Shown here piece by piece: positions 13,107 through 26,100 of a stretch of 64,000 nucleotides of DNA. Every line of letters starts with the position of its first letter. Within the stretch, counting starts at the first letter, position 1. Made by a program: the position numbers and the translations under genes. This DNA comes from Botryllus schlosseri (taxonomy: Eukaryota), in contig CM119380.1 of NCBI GenBank assembly GCA_051294905.1, forward strand, positions 20,956,001 to 21,020,000, read 5' to 3'. Under the pieces are notes generated by a model. It searched no databases. It worked only from the letters and a program-made list of their open reading frames with translations, and was not told where the DNA came from.

Positions 13107-13916
13107 TGTAATATATGAGTGAATTTAATATTTTGAAATTCAAATATTATTGTTAAGATTCATATTTAAGAACAAATCTAAATCCAGAATTAATTTCGTA
13201 AGCTGTCAAAAGTAGGGTACATATCCAGCGAGGAAGATTGTACAGTAGAAACTCCAAGTCCAAAAAGTCAGAATTCAAACACTGCTTCGGAAAAATCGGT
13301 TATATCCGATTCCGATTATAATCCTGTCGAAATCTTCAGATACGTTATTTTCAACCTAGTCCAAACTCATCTATTCATCTCTGATCATCTCTGATCGCCG
13401 ATGTTTACCCCTGGGCAACATACAAACTGAAAGCCAAACCATAATTATACGAAATCCTCGATTGAACGAGAATTTAAAAGAATTTTTCAAGTAGGCCTAC
13501 ATGACAAAATATACTTCTTAAAAGTATTGATTGCCCGTTACCACACTTTCATAAGATATCAAGTGTAAGGTTTGACTTATATTTGGGTAAAAGCTAATTG
13601 CAGGAACCCTTTGCAAGCTTTTATAATATCTTCTGTAACTGATCATTCAATGTACGTACATGTTGCTTATTTAGGGGCTCCTTTATTGATATCTGTCTTT
13701 TCGAGTAAATTTGCATTCTTTAATTTTATCGCAATCGTGTGTAGTTTTGAAATGACGAAATTTTTTATAGACTCAACTGAATCAAAGTTATTCGCAATAG
13801 CCGACAGTTTATGGTCATCTATGGTTCATGTTGTGATGTGTTCAGTTGTTCACGTTAAGCGCATTGGCGCCACATGTGGTTGGACTCACCGAAGCGTCAA
13901 GTTGAATAGATTGTGG

Positions 13917-13942
13917 CTTCCTTTTTGACAGGGCTTCGCAAG
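13917..13942 (+). promoter_or_regulatory. Probable 5'TOP non-coding first exon of RPL26
   Basis: CTTCCTTTTT pyrimidine start, donor AG|GTTGGT at 13943, and acceptor TGTAG directly before the ATG at 14098. This is the standard ribosomal-protein gene layout. Confidence 0.6.
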
Positions 13943-14097
13943 GTTGGTCTCCAAACTTTTAAATCTTCGTTAATCCTCACTGTCTTGCTTGTTTCGAGGG
14001 ATATTGTAATTTGGTTCGCCAATAAATTGTGTTTACAAAACCTGATTTCTAACCGTCACGTTTCCTCAGTATCTCATCAGAATCTTCTCTGTTGTAG

Positions 14098-16643
14098 ATG
14101 AAGTTCAATACCTTGAAGACCTCTTCCCGCAGGAAGAATAGGAAGGCTTACTTCACCGCACCGTCGCACGTGCGCAGGAAGTTTATGAGCTCACCCCTGT
14201 CCAAGGAACTGCGAGCCAAGTACAATGTTCGAAGCATGCCCATTCGTAAAGACGATGAAGTCCAGGTGAAAATTGAATTAACTGATCTCGATAACATCAC
14301 TGAAAATTGATTCGCTCAACGTATTTATTTTGTTTGTTCTTGTTTATGGCATTTGGTATTTGATGTCCTTCAGTTGAAAATTGATGTTTGTATATGCTTT
14401 TCTGTTGATATCATATGAACACTCGGCTTGATTTCGGTAGGGACCAAAATGGATGGTATCAGAGCCCAATGTGGAATCGGTGTCTCGTGCACACCAAAGA
14501 TTCTTCTGACTACACACAGGTGTGACGCTGAGAACCGTCTTGGCACACCAAATATATTACGCTAAACGTATCGGGATTCCAACCCGGATCAGAGCTATAT
14601 ACAAATTTCGATGCTTTGTGGGTCAAAAACAACCGCTATTTTCAATCTGGTCTGGGTATTTCACGTATTTAGGATATCAAAGTTAAATATGCAGATGGCC
14701 GTATTGATTAAAGGTAGGAGTTACGTAATTTTGCAAGCCTTTGAGCCAGACTGGAATTAGTGGTTGTTTTCTGCCATAAGTTGCGTGTGACAGAAAGGTT
14801 TCTTTCATAGAATAATTAGGGAATTGAATGGAAAGTTGCGCGTGACGTTTACCACCAATTCCACTCTGGCCTTCGAGTAGCCACTCAATACTATACTTGA
14901 CGGTAATCTTGAAGCTGATGACCAGAGCGCAAAATTTGATTAAACCGGTCTCAATTCAAAACTATCTTGCACTGATTCCGAAAATATGTATATTAAAATC
15001 TGATCCGTGCACTGAAACCCAAAAAAACTGTTTGGGAAGCCCGTAATCGGCATTGTTTCCAACAATGGTAGCGCCGGTAGACAATGACCTAACAATGTCT
15101 GATACTGTTTGTGATGCCATTGGGCGTCTCAGCGAAGTCCAGCCTTGATTCTCAGAGTATATCGTGTCATATCAATTACCGTAATGCGAATAAGTCGTAA
15201 TGCGAGTAGTTGACGTATTTTGCGTCCTCACACGTTTACAAATTTGAATGAATGCAGATTATGGCACAGAAGCCTACGGATATCATCATAGAATTTACTA
15301 TCAACGCTTGTATTTTTGCACGCAACAGGCCAATGTACGAAACCGTTTGTTCCATTCGGCTCTTAGCGGTTCATGAATTTCATTGTAATATATTTTCGCA
15401 CGAGTCATAAAATTGTAGAAACTGACGAAGCGTACAATTAATTTGAATTGTGCCAGCTGGTTTTTTACCTGAGTGTGAGCATAGCGACCGACCGAGTTGA
15501 ATTCAACGAACAGGTGTCACTTGGAAACGATGTGACACTAATTCTAGTGATGCGAATGTTATTCCTGATAGGACGCTGAACGTCAATATTTCTGCTGGAG
15601 TGCAACTACCGGCATTGTGTCAATTAACAATGACTCTACCTACACGAGTTGACCGGCTTGAAATTTCCGTTTTTGATAGCAGGCTATACGATTGATTTTT
15701 ACTGGTGTCCAATATTCGTGCCTGAATCCATTACAGATCGTCCGAGGTCATTTCAAAGGCCAACAAGTAGGCAAGATCATCCAAGTCTACAGGAAGAAGT
15801 ATGTTGTACACATCGAGAGGATTCAACGCGAAAAAGCTAACGGTGCAACTGTCCACGTCGGCATCCATCCCAGCAAGGTAATAATATTTAAAAACTTGTT
15901 CCATTTGCATTGTTATTGACAGGCCATAACGGCCGCATTAAAACCGGACTTGTACAAGCTGCTGGATTTTCATATGTGCAAATAGAACTACTCTTGAAAA
16001 CTTGACACTAGAACTAACTACATTTCGTTTTATCAGAATGGGAGGAGTTTCGATCCTCCAACCCCCCTAGAATGACGCTTTCTTATGACAAAGATTGCGT
16101 AGCATGAAATATGTGATAACATCTGTCATCCAGAAGCACCTTAAGCTCCAACCAAACATATACAAGCAGTAGAAATTGTTGATTGCTGCTCTTTCTGGGG
16201 ATTTGCGTTAACGGTTATGGCACATTACTAAATCATTGTGCTAAGGTAGTGTGTGATCGAGAGCATTATGGTGACAAGGATGATAAAGTTTTGACGTAAT
16301 TTTTTGAATGATGACGTGCCGTCGTGAATATTCGTAGTGGCATAGTAAAATGGAGTAGTGTCATAGTGCCAATGTTGAAACTCGTGATTGACATTCTGTA
16401 TGGGTATAAGCGGATTTTTGACGGCTGGTTGATTTTGATTATGGACTCCCTAGTAGGCCTATTTCAAAATCTGTTGTGGGGAGAATTCTCATGTTACTGC
16501 GCTTGTTTTCACAGGTTGTTATCATGAAGTTGAAACTCGATAAAGACCGTAAGCGTATTTTGGAAAGGAAAGCCAGTTCGCGGTTGGCCGGTACCGACAA
16601 GGGCAAGCACACAGAAGAGTCCATTCAGGATATGGAAACCTGA
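14098..16643 (+). CDS. RPL26: 60S ribosomal protein L26 (uL24), 3 coding exons, 145 aa
   Basis: Exons 14098-14265, 15737-15877, 16515-16643. MKFN...[31 protein letters not shown]...[28 protein letters not shown]. Confidence 0.98.
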
Positions 16644-17602
16644 TTTTGACTGTTCTGTTCAATAGAATGGATTATGATGGTCCTGTGTCGAATATCGGTG
16701 TTGGTGGGCGTAACGTGGGTGATTTCGAGATTCGTGTTAGGCATCTGATTTTGTGTCGTCGACATAGTGGGCGAGCCAGTTCAGCCAGTTGCAGATTTTG
16801 TCGGGGTGATAGGGCGCGAGTTTGAAACTATTAAGCAGTGGTTCTCAAAGTCACTGTGAGTATAATTGTGATGGGTTGGGCATGATTTGGGTACTTGATC
16901 TCACAAGGTTTAGCGGTTAGAATTTATTAGCTACGTATTTCCAATTTTTGTGGTTTCAGGAGCTTTGTGATAAATGTAATACAAACCCTACAATGCCATG
17001 ATGGTAAGAAGACTCTTGATGGTCGCTGTTTTTATTACAGTGTTTGGAGTCAATATTTGATGCCCGAACCCTATTTATACTTGGAGGAGGCTTAATTTGT
17101 GTTTGGGCAAATTTTGGAAAGCAATTGTAATTGATGGGGTATGTTGCACGGTCATGAGATCAATCACTACACACTTTTGACATCGTACCCACTGCTTCAG
17201 TGCTTAATTTTACCTCAAAAATCAGTAATTTGCTTTGTAACTTTAATATTTAAAATGAAGTTCTATATGGAAGGGAGATAAAACATATGTTGCTTCTGCA
17301 TCTTTTAAGCCCAAAACTAGCATTCTAGTGTAAGCGGTTATCTAGATTAGCTATTTTCGGCTCGTTCGGTGAAATTGCACCACTAGAGGGTGTACAAACC
17401 CAATATTATTATAGAATTTATTTATTTGCTCTTTGGCACCACATGTGAAAAGCAAGGGCATGGATTTTGAGGTAACGTTCTGGGATGATTTGAATGGTCC
17501 GGCCAGCGACGCAAGTTGAGTTTGGCAGCCCTGGTGTAATACAAAGGTCAGCACATTTCCATGATCATGCTATACTGGTATGTCGCCTGTTGACTATAGT
17601 AC

Positions 17603-18000
17603 TAGGCTTACCATATTTTGGAAATCTAAAAAGAGGACACTTTTTCAGACTTGCAAAACCGGGGAAGAATTCTCAAAAACCGGTTAATTTTTCCCACTTT
17701 GTGATCGGTTGACAGGTCATCTTTTCCGCTCAGAGCTCAAAATACCGATTTTCTTTCCACATTGCCAGGCGGATGACTAAAAAAAAAGGGTCATCTTTTC
17801 GCTCAGAGCTAAAATCACCGTTTTTCACTCCGAAATACCCTCCGGAGCTTCACTTCTGTGCTAAGTTGCGGCATATCACTCGCATTTTGCTGTAAATCTG
17901 ACCTAAATTTTGCAAAAAAGAGGAAAAAATCTCAAAAAAGAGGACAAAAGGGCGTCCTCCGAGGACAAATCCTCTTAAAAGAGGACGTATGGTAAGCCTA
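17603..18000. mobile_element. hAT MITE (TAGGCTTACCATA variant of the TAGGGTTACC family)
   Basis: TIR TAGGCTTACCATA. TSD TATAGTAC/TATTGTAC (7/8). AAGAGGAC subterminal repeats are shared with 12900-13106, 40540-40886 and end fragments at 18678, 19331 and 20396. Confidence 0.85.
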
Positions 18001-19129
18001 TATTGTACCCAAGGTAATGACCTCAGATAACTACTCACAGTAAATCGCGCAAAGCGCGACGAAATTTTATTGCCGCACGAAATTCAACAAATTTTGCATA
18101 CATATTCAGAGATAGCTTTCGTACCGTCGCGACCCATACTTTAAGAACCCCTGTTGTGTAGGGTAGCCTACCCGTAAATATAGTGTTAAACAAAGTGTAC
18201 GCAATGGATAGATAAGCCACAGAACGAACCATTCATTTACAGTTTACACCAAGTTCACACATTTCGTTGTGATGGATCAGCTTTAAGCTACTCCAATTCT
18301 TTTCTTGGGAGTGTTTTGGGACAGGATAGCATACCCGTAAATGTTAGATGTGACGCATCGCTGTTCATACAGCGATAGAAAAAGACCCGATGAAAGAGCG
18401 CACCTATGAGGAATGGAGACTAACATCGAAAAAGGAACTGTGACATCGGGCACTAGGCCGAGGTGGATGCCGGTTTAACAGACCGCAACTGGTCATTCGG
18501 CATCCTCCCATCTGTTCATTACGTTGCATTGTGTCTTATCGCATTATGCATTGTGTGTGCTTTGTTCAGATTAAAATATAATCTGACGGTTATTGATTAT
18601 TTCCTTCACGATACTATAGTAGCCTAGCTATAGACCCGTCCCGTAACCTGCTTATCATTGCACAATGCACATAAGCTAGGGTTACCATATTATGAAATCC
18701 GGAAACGAGGACACTTTTTAAAAATCATGAAAGTTAGTTCTAGGAAATTGAAAACAGCAGATTTTGAATTTTTTACTGGAAATCTTGTGTTAACTAAAAA
18801 ATAAATAAAAAAGGTCAGGTTGACTCCCGAATGACCCGCTCGAGCGTCCTCATTACCTATCTCGCGTCATTTATGCTGATTTTCAGTTGACCCTGTCCAT
18901 TAGCTGTGAACGATGACGAATTGCCAAAAAGGAGGACATTTTCAATTTCCTGAAATAATAGGACAAATCTTCCTAATGGAGGACTTATGATAACCCTAAC
19001 ATAGCACAACACTAAAGAATATAAGTAAGTAATATATATAGAAAGAGATATGATATTCTTTTTCGCCTGCACCATCGAGATGCTTTGACGACGGAGATGC
19101 GATACGGCCGTAAGGTCATCTAGTCTGCA

Positions 19130-19279
19130 CCCCCGTTTTTTCTCCTCCATGCTATCCGTGGATGCTGAGCGCCTGGCAGGATAGCTTCGGATACCAGTTT
19201 TCGAGTCTTTAGTCTGACCCGGCCGGGGATCGAACCCACTACCTACCGACCGAGAACCCGGACGCATGACCACTACTAA
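19130..19279 (-). mobile_element. tRNA-derived SINE, family 1 (Meta-domain-like), 5'-truncated
   Basis: B box GGTTCGATCCC followed by GGTCAGACTAAAGACTCGAAAACTGGTATCCG...CCTGCCAGGCGCTCAGCA. Second copy at 52345-52511. Confidence 0.8.
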
Positions 19280-20562
19280 TATAAGCTGATGATACTGATT
19301 CTGGTAAAACTAATCCGAGATTTACAATAGTAGGGTTACCATACGTCCTCCTTAAGGAAGATTTGTCCTCCTCTTTCAGGTTTTTGGAAATGTCCTCCGA
19401 GGACGCCTAAATGCCCTTCTTTTTAAAATGTTGTCTAAATCATCATCATCATTGGTTTATTAGCAATTTTATCAGTTCAATACACCACAAAAATGCGATA
19501 CAATGAATAGACAGGAAGATGTCGAAGCGACTTGGATTAGTCTATGGAATCAGACACCCACCTTGGCCTAGGCGATGTAAAGAGGAGGTATGCACAGTGC
19601 ACACTGAATGAAAGTAAAGAAGACATTATAGAAAAAGAAAGCGACAAGAATAGGGCGGCAGGTCATGGGAAGCGAATAAATAAATAAGCACTGAAGCAAC
19701 GCTCCGGCACCTATTTCGGGAGCTGAGCCGAAAAGTTGACCTGTTTTTAGTCAGCCAACTGATAATGTGAAAGAAAAACTGTATTTTAGGCGCTGAGCGT
19801 GAAAGTTGACCCTTTTTTTAGTAAACCGACCACGGAGTGGGAAAAACTAGTATGGTGGTTTAAGCCCTATCAATGCATTTAGTTCAAAGCTTAAATTTTC
19901 TTTTCGCCCGTCACATACGTTAAAATCGCTTTTGCATAAAAATTTAGGGTCAGGAGAGAGTTGGGATGAGGTTAAAAGACCGTTAGCATAGTCCAGTATA
20001 GTCCAACTACAGCTTGTCATCGGTAACTGTGGAGGTTGCCTAAAGTGCGGGCTCGCAGATAAACAGACTTGTAGAAAGTCTGAACCACATCATAATATCC
20101 GTATAATGCGAAGGGCGTAGAGTCGTCGGTATTATTCAATGACTAGTCATTGGTTACAGCGTCAATTTTAAGGATTTGGTTGTGCACGAGATAAAAACTC
20201 CTGCAAATAGTCTGTTACTAGACCTATACTGAAACAGCATGGTGACCACTTTTTAAAAACTGAGTCGAGGCGCGATAGGGGGAAGTATTGGAGATTGTCG
20301 TACCCAATGATCATTGCCTTGTAAAGGATTAAGGTGTACTATATATTACTTATAGATACCGTGCGTGATCAAAGGGCTGAAGTATGTTCAACAGTAGGGT
20401 TACGATATTTTCGGAGTCGGGAAAGGAGGACACTTTCTTCAAATCATAAAAGTTACATTATCAGAATTGATAACAGTTGCTTTTAAGATTTATATACCAA
20501 ATCTTGTTATGTTCCAAACTTGGACAACTAGATAATTTTAGTTTTCTAATTTCACTAAATTA

Positions 20563-21690
20563 CAGTGAAATGGCCGTAATCTAATTCTAATCAAATTTGT
20601 GAAATGTTTCTATGCTCTAATTCTAATCTTATTTGTGAAATGTTCATATGCTATAATTTTAATCTAAATTGATAAATATTTCTACACTCTAATAATTCTA
20701 TTCTGATTTATTGTTTTCCGGAAAATGCATCTTCGTCCGCGGCACTTTGCAGCGAGTTAACCTGAATATCCCTCTCGTGCAGGGAAATCCAGTTTCAAGC
20801 CGCCATCGCATTACTTACTTACACCGTACAATCATACTAGTTATTGTGACGAATAGTATCCATTTCAGCAGCTTGTAGTCTGCGAACAACCTCCTAGTTT
20901 CGATCACTAACAGAACAGCAGCAAAGAAAAAAAGATCGTTAGCACAGGCTTGTTCACTTTCAAGCCTTCACATCAAGAAAAAAGAGAATGATTTCTTCAG
21001 ATCTAATCAAAGAAAATATATTAGACGATGAAGTGGAAAGTTATTTCGCCGCACAGCGTGAGAGCATGGACTGTGATGTTTTGAGTTACTGAAAAAGAGA
21101 AAATCGTTTCCTCAGCTCAAGGCTTTCAGTCATGCAGGAGAGATGTATAATGCAGGGTTCTCCAACTCAAAACGTGTCGCGGGTCACTTTTCAAATTTCG
21201 TAGAGGCCGCGGTCCGCAAGAATGCAATATCGAGAGAAAATAGGCCACACAATTGAGCGAGCAATCACGTTTCAAAAACTCTAAACAAGTACAATGCCCT
21301 GCTCACTGGCATGAGCGATGCGCATGGTTTTTGGTTACCACAAAAGATGTAATATATTATTAAAGAAGTACAAATACGAGAAATTTCGTGATCATAAACT
21401 GGCCACGTGTTGGTGACCCCTAGTATAGTGCAAAACGAACCAAGCTTGGCGTACAGACGTTAACCATTCTCATGCTTGTCGGAATGCACTGTGTTTTATA
21501 TGAACCGAACTTGATTTTTGCTTTATTTCTTTCTCACTCACAATTGCCGTCAATTTCCAAGTTTTTGTGAATTCGGTAATTCTAATTCTACTCAAATTTG
21601 ACGAAAAAAAACGGAGTAGCTCTAATTTTAATTCCAATCTAATTTGGAAACAACTGTGTAGCTTAAATTCTAATTCTAATCTAGGGAGGA
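20563..21690 (+). mobile_element. Degraded hAT element with a transposase C-terminal dimerization-domain remnant
   Basis: 21028-21125 translates as DDEVESYFAAQRESMDCDVLSY*KRENRF(P)QLKA with one stop and a frameshift. After the nested MITE it reads KRTKLGVQTLTILML. TAATTCTAATC repeats at both ends. Confidence 0.6.
21153..21422. mobile_element. hAT MITE nested in the degraded hAT transposase remnant
   Basis: Ends CAGGGTTCTCCAAC / GTTGGTGACCCCTA. TSD GTATAATG/GTATAGTG (7/8). Confidence 0.75.
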
Positions 21691-23124
21691 ACGAACTTCC
21701 AAAATGGAGAGCATTTAGGCATCCTCGGTGTCCCCGGCCTATTATCGGTTCACTGATAATGTCGAATCGATATCACGCTTTGAAAGAAATATCGGCTTTT
21801 ACAGGGAAAAATATCGGCAATTTTCGTGACATTACGGCACCGTTGTATTGAGTCAGGGAACTATATAATCTGCGACTGCTAGAATATTGATCTATTTGTT
21901 ATTGTTACACGTAGAGGTGGTCAACATTAGTCATCGTTGGTACTCAAGTAGAAGTAAAGTAAAGTCGTACATTTCTACTCAAGTCGGATACATGTAAAAG
22001 TCGCAATTTCAAAGTAAGAAAATAAGTAAAGATTCTAGGCCTAGTTTTGCCAAAAAAATGAAAAATATCAAGCATAAGTAGTCTAGAATCATATAACCAC
22101 TAGTGTAGTATTTGACTACTGTGTCCACCCCTGTAGCTAAATCTATATCCAGGCGGGTGTCTGATCTCAAGACTACTCCTATATTTCGGCATCTTCCTAT
22201 CATTCATTGTATTGCAGTCTTGTGATGTTTTGAGTGATGAAATTTTATGAATAAACTTGAACTATATGATAATATTCATCATACTGTGTATGGCTATGAA
22301 TTGACCCAATGAAATTCGTTTCCAAACCTATACACATAATAGGCTAATAGGAGAATTAAGCTTACTGAATTTTCTAACTCCTATTTATGAAGTCACATTT
22401 CAATGATATGGTTCGTTCGTGCAGGAAATAGCACTGGTTCTAAAATTTATTTTTGGCTGATTCATTTCACATAAAAAAAAACAGTAGGCCTATGCCTATA
22501 TCGGAATCCTCTATTTATTGGGGATATTTCCATGATAGATCTTCGAAAGATTTATGTCGGGCATTAGATTGGCGGTATTATATTAAGAATTCCTATTTTG
22601 CATCTGGGCTCATTTATCGCTCAATTTAATTGCTCGAATTCGGCAGTCTGATATTGCAAAATGAATGACTGGCCTCCCGGCTTCGCGCAGCCTTCCGCGA
22701 GTGTGTGTGTACTTGCGCGCAACGCTCATGCTTCTCCAGCGGACGTCAGTCACTGCGATATTATGCTTGTGATGCTGTCGAACGTATCATTCATGAAGTG
22801 CTCAGCGTAGGTTATGTTGTGCATTATAGTTCAGCCTTTCAGATAAACATATGCTCTGCTACGCTTTCATATGCCTTTATCTTCAAATAATTACAGGGTC
22901 TTTGTTATATTGATAGTAAATGCATCTGTATGCCGGCGACCAATGCTTGAGAATTGATTCAGCTGATCTGGCCTCACGGCAGTTCACTTGGTAACAACTC
23001 ACAGGAAGTTTGGCGTTGCTCGTTACTCAGGGTGTCAGGTAGATCGCATATATAGATGGAATAAAGTGACTGGACGTGCTTGCGCAATTAGTGTAATCAT
23101 TTGGAGCCATCTGCTAATCATTGT

Positions 23125-26100
23125 ATGAGTAACTTCGACCCGGAAAGTATGGCGAGCATGCTGAGATGCGTTACCGTTGGAGACGGTGCTGTTGGTAAAA
23201 CCAGTATGCTTCTTAGCTACAGCCAGGGCGGCTTTCCCGAAGAATATGTTCCAACAATTCTGGACCAGTACGTCGGTAAGATACAATGTTTTTTACTCCC
23301 GCCGCATGATTTAAACCCGCCCTATCACGAACTATAAATCAACGTTCTGGTGTAACGTTCGGCGTATGCAGCTGCGACGCGTAGTTCGGTTATTAATTGC
23401 GTTGTCTTTCAAAAAGCCTAGAAAGAAGGTGGGACATGCTGTAAGTCGGCAGATCACGAATCCTAATGAGAATAGCGGCCTGGTGTAAAATGACCTTAAA
23501 TGTGACACACCATGAATACCAAACAGCTACAAGATATATCATTATAACTACACTATATCATATATCGTTTGAGAATAATCTCTCAGCTATCCGAGTGATA
23601 ACATCATCTGGATTTCACAGATTAATCTTCATGTCCCTAATTCCTTTGCGATTAGTAATCACAAGCTGCCCAAATAAGTACATGACTACGCATTTCGTGT
23701 ATTTTTGTGTGCTGACGGACAGCGCGCAATGTAGTTGCTCTGAAATGTCATTCATAACATGTCTTCTCATCGATATTGCGTAGGCATTGAGTAGTTGAAT
23801 CCGAGTGTCATGCATTACGCTGGCGCATTGACTCGTGGATAGGCTACTGCAGCGATACCAGGGATATCCCTGAGCAATACGATGTAAAATCAATACAATG
23901 CCCTTTAATACAATTGCATCGCATACTTTTTACATCATCGTCCGTAAATGGTAGATTTGCGAGATACGCTTTACCTATTCCTGTTTACATCATATTCGAT
24001 TGCCGGCAGCGACGTATGTATGCATGCATAATGCATACTTACTTAGTCGATCAAAGTATACCTTTTTCGGATATGTTACCGTAAGATACATTCATACTTA
24101 TCAATCAATGATTAGTATACCTGTTGCCATCCGTGTCCTATATTTTGATGGATCGATGGACATCGTAACGCTGACGCGGTAATTATTCATGGTATAATCA
24201 CTGTAGGTAGACATAGACATTAGACATGTATGAATTGGAGATTCCGGACATTGCTCAGTCAATTGTGTAACAGAGGTTGGGAACCTTTTTCGCCCAAAGA
24301 CCCATATTGTCCCTATTTTTTCCATTTTAACTCGCAAAGAGCCATACATGCCAATCAACTGTTACGTCACAATTGAAAATTCGTGAATTTCTCCGTAGCT
24401 GTAATTCGAACTCACTGCATGGGATTCCTCGTGTGCGCCACATTTTCTCTGTAAAAACTCGTAGTAATCATGCTGGTTGCCTTATTTGAGCATATGAAGC
24501 TTGAGTTTCGGAGACTTAGGTTCGTCGTGATGTGAGAACTAGGGATGGTGTGAACGCGAGGTTCACGTTCGCGTTCTGTGTGTGAACCTTGGAAATTTAG
24601 AGGTTCACGTTCACAAACGATCCTTGATAGGTTCTGCACTGTGAACCTTTTTCATTTATTACAATTTTTACTTCATTATAACATCTTTGGTTGAAATTTA
24701 TTGCATTATAACTACGGGCCACTATAGGTATGGCGCTGGTAGCATAAAAAATCAACACTAAACGAGCACGCACCCTGACAATTTCAAATTTTTAACCTGC
24801 TTTGTTACAATATTTAGTAACTCTCTGCTACGAGCTTGACCCGCAATCACAAAATATCAAGACCGAAAAGCGATTGATGCTTATTCAACCAATTTATGAA
24901 ATTGATATCGGTGTCAGATGTAATAAATCTAGCAAGAGTACGGGGTTCATCTCGATTTCATATGTTTATTGTATCATTAAAACCAAATACGTGCGATTGA
25001 AGTGCTGGCCACTGCTGTGTAACTTGTTAATGGGGTAAAACCCGTTTACACTCTGCTTAATATCAACGTGGGAATACTCAAACGCCGAATACATTGTCCG
25101 GTTTGGCCTAGACCAGGGGTTCTCAGCCCTTTCTTGGCCGTGGCCCATTTTCCGGTTTGAAAATGTGCTGTGGCCCACCTCTTATCCTAGAGTCATAATC
25201 CTGTTCAATGCGTGGTTATCGACGGTGCCGATATGCCTATTTCTCTAAAATATGCTCATTTTTCTCTTAATTTACTGATGATATTTAAATGTAGACCTTT
25301 AGGCCCATGAAATCGCGCCAAGCGCGACGAAAATTTTTATGTAAAATAAATATCCTCCAACATACGACCAACGAAATAATCTTGGGTCCCTTCGAGCTCC
25401 CGCAATTGGGGGTTTGGGTGCAGTAGTTACGGCCCTGGTTGATCATAGGCTAAAACTCTGTGTGTATATTATTATCGTCCGCTGCTCCATTCGCGTCGCA
25501 AAACACAATGATCAAATCCACGCATCCGCTTTGTTATTGGGATTTTAGTTCCATTATTGTGGGGAATAATATAATCATTCTGGGTCAGCTTCAAAGAATT
25601 CATTGGTGAATGGGGTACTACAGAGAAGTGGAGAAATATTTATTTAATAGGCCTGCTGTACAATGCACATTGTATGTCTTGTACCAAACCAACTGCAGCT
25701 GCGATGTCAAAATATTCAATCCAATGATACAATCAATTCATGTGACTCTTACATTATGTACAAAGATTTCCAGGGCGGACATGTTAAACCGAATCCAAAG
25801 ATTAATGCGCTCCACTAAATCCTCAATCCATTACGATTTGTTGCGGTGGTGCAGATACCTCCACCAGAAGTTGCTAATAATTTGCAATTATGGCTATTTT
25901 TATCTTACAATAATACGGCTTGCCTAAGTACAGTAAATATATACCTCAATTACACTTCATTCCGAGTTTATTGCACACTACTTTCAACGGCATACGACAT
26001 ATGGCCCTGCCGGAATACTTGGTTACTTCAGAATCACCTTCTAGCTATTATATAGGCCTACTCGAAATTACTTTAGTTGCTATTAGCCGCATAGGTTGTC

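Noticed and set aside
16305-16420. ATGATGA C-box in the last RPL26 intron
   Set aside because: No CTGA D-box or terminal stem at a suitable distance.
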